Shown: piece by piece, positions 62,415 through 64,000 of the stretch
How positions within the stretch are numbered: position 1 is the stretch's first letter
How the letters are laid out: every line of letters begins with the position of its first letter
Assembly: GCF_031769215.1 (NCBI RefSeq)
Contig: NW_026782827.1
Location: 1-64,000 of the forward strand
Reading direction: 5' to 3'
DNA length: 64,000 bases
Origin: Ylistrum balloti
Lineage: Eukaryota
Translations under genes and position numbers: made by a program
The notes under the pieces: generated by a model
What the model was told of the DNA's origin: nothing
Databases searched by the model: none
What the model saw: only the letters and a program-made list of their open reading frames with translations

Positions 62415-63299
62415 GTAAGTGTCAATGATTATAACAGTGGGAGAGGTACTGTGTATACACGCTATGACTACAACAACAAATATCATTTACCTCTTTGTTT
62501 ATATGTTAGGTAAAAAACTTCCTGATTTATCATTGAGCTAAAGTTGTCAAGATGTAGGTCGATCTTAATCACGTACGTTTTCCAAATTATAGATCTATAT
62601 AGTAGACTATTGATACAGTTAAGTGACACGTGAAATAATCACATGTATGTCAGCATCAGCAGCATGATTATTATCATCATGTTTATCAGTGATACAACGG
62701 CCACGTTAATTTTCTTTATAACAACGTATACAGCAGGACTTTGACCGAAGTAAACATAGTTTGTCTTCTCGAGTTATTTCCCTTCATACTGCTTTTGTTT
62801 TTATGCATATCTATTAAAACTTTCGTCGGACCATGACAGAAAATCAACTTGTGTAGCGTATTGTTGTTAATGTATTCGTGCACTCCCTTCTTGTCAGACT
62901 TATCTTCTGATTGTTTACGTGTACCAACGTGCTATTTATAATTCTAATCAAAATGTTTAATGACACATATATAGACGTAAAACGTATAACTATTTTAACG
63001 CAAATGATAATAATTTTGGATTTTAACATTAAATGCCATTGTACTCTCACGAGTTCAAATAATTTTCTTTGTCAATTTTATAATATCACTTTTTTTATTA
63101 TCCCATTGGGTCTGTTGGTCGGATGTGATGTAGGACCAATATTTCCGCACGTGTCGTTGCTCACTTCATATATTTTACATGATTATGATACCTCGGGTAT
63201 ATACCAGTTTCAGGGTTGGCCAAAGTCATTGCTACTGTTTTAAAATAATTCTCGTGATCATTATAATGATTACATTCCTTGTGGGAGTTGTGATAAAAC

Positions 63300-63420
63300 T
63301 TACACAAACATGTATATAAGCGACCATGACAGTTCGGAAAACATTGAGTTTGAGGGCTTTAGGGTCAAGGTCAAGGTCAAGGTTACCGCTGATACTATTT
63401 ATAGAAAATCTTTGACAGCG
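63300..63420. repeat. Dispersed-repeat fragment with (GGTCAA)3
   Basis: TAGGGTCAAGGTCAAGGTCAAGGTTAC; recalled as typical of molluscan Helitron-like non-autonomous repeats. Confidence 0.4.
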
Positions 63421-64000
63421 CTTAGATAGGTTATCGTTTCCAGTTTTATAAAATCATCATCAGCACTCTCACGGCTGTCCGTTTGTGATGCCTTGTTACG
63501 TATTTGTATTGTCTCATTAGCCATTCAATGTCTGGGCATTTTCAAATATAGGTGAAGTTAAAAAAGGGTAAAACTACTCAACATCGCCATATAGAGAGTC
63601 AAGGAATATAGAACTCAATGACATGGAACATTTCTTTCGACAAAGAAAAACATCTTTTAAAGAAAAGAAATCAATACTTAAAACAAAACAAGGCAAAACT
63701 ATGATGTTTCAAAGGGACTAGAAATGTGAGATATTAAATTCAAAACTGATGAAAAAAAGCATTATAACATTTAAAATACTGTTAAAAATTGGGTACTTTC
63801 TATAAATTATGATTTTTAAAGTTTGCATAATAAAAACAATCATAAGCGACCCAACTCTAATTCGTATCATTATCGTTTAGAGAGTGTAAACAATGTCTTT
63901 GCGCATACAGTTTTAGATTCAGATTGATTCAAATTCATTTATTTCGCTCTGTCACGCGTATATTGTGAAACAAGAGTCATTTTACAAAGAAAGAATTGAA

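Overview
AT-rich animal genomic DNA with spliceosomal GT-AG introns and no prokaryotic features; the repeat types suggest a lophotrochozoan, probably a bivalve mollusc (inference). I assembled the genes by hand from splice sites and phase continuity, because the ORF track shows only fragments. The core is a cluster of four intact paralogous genes (A+, B+, C+, D-; 6 coding exons each, identical intron phases, 356-360 aa). They encode secreted exonuclease/endonuclease/phosphatase (EEP; DNase I / neutral sphingomyelinase fold) proteins with all catalytic motifs and an 8-cysteine module inserted in the domain. To the left is a divergently oriented minus-strand gene (3 exons resolved) resembling ciliary/sperm microtubule-inner proteins, and a probable first exon of another gene lies at the right end. 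About 20% of the window is minisatellite arrays. Mobile-element relics include Gypsy with a 3' LTR, CR1, two Penelope-like fragments, SINEs, MITEs and a Helitron-like element. Less obvious items are a pair of degenerate hammerhead ribozymes 343 nt apart (retrozyme-like) in an intron of gene B, and a minisatellite amplified from the anticodon arm of a tRNA-derived head. A 468-N scaffold gap lies at 31010-31477.
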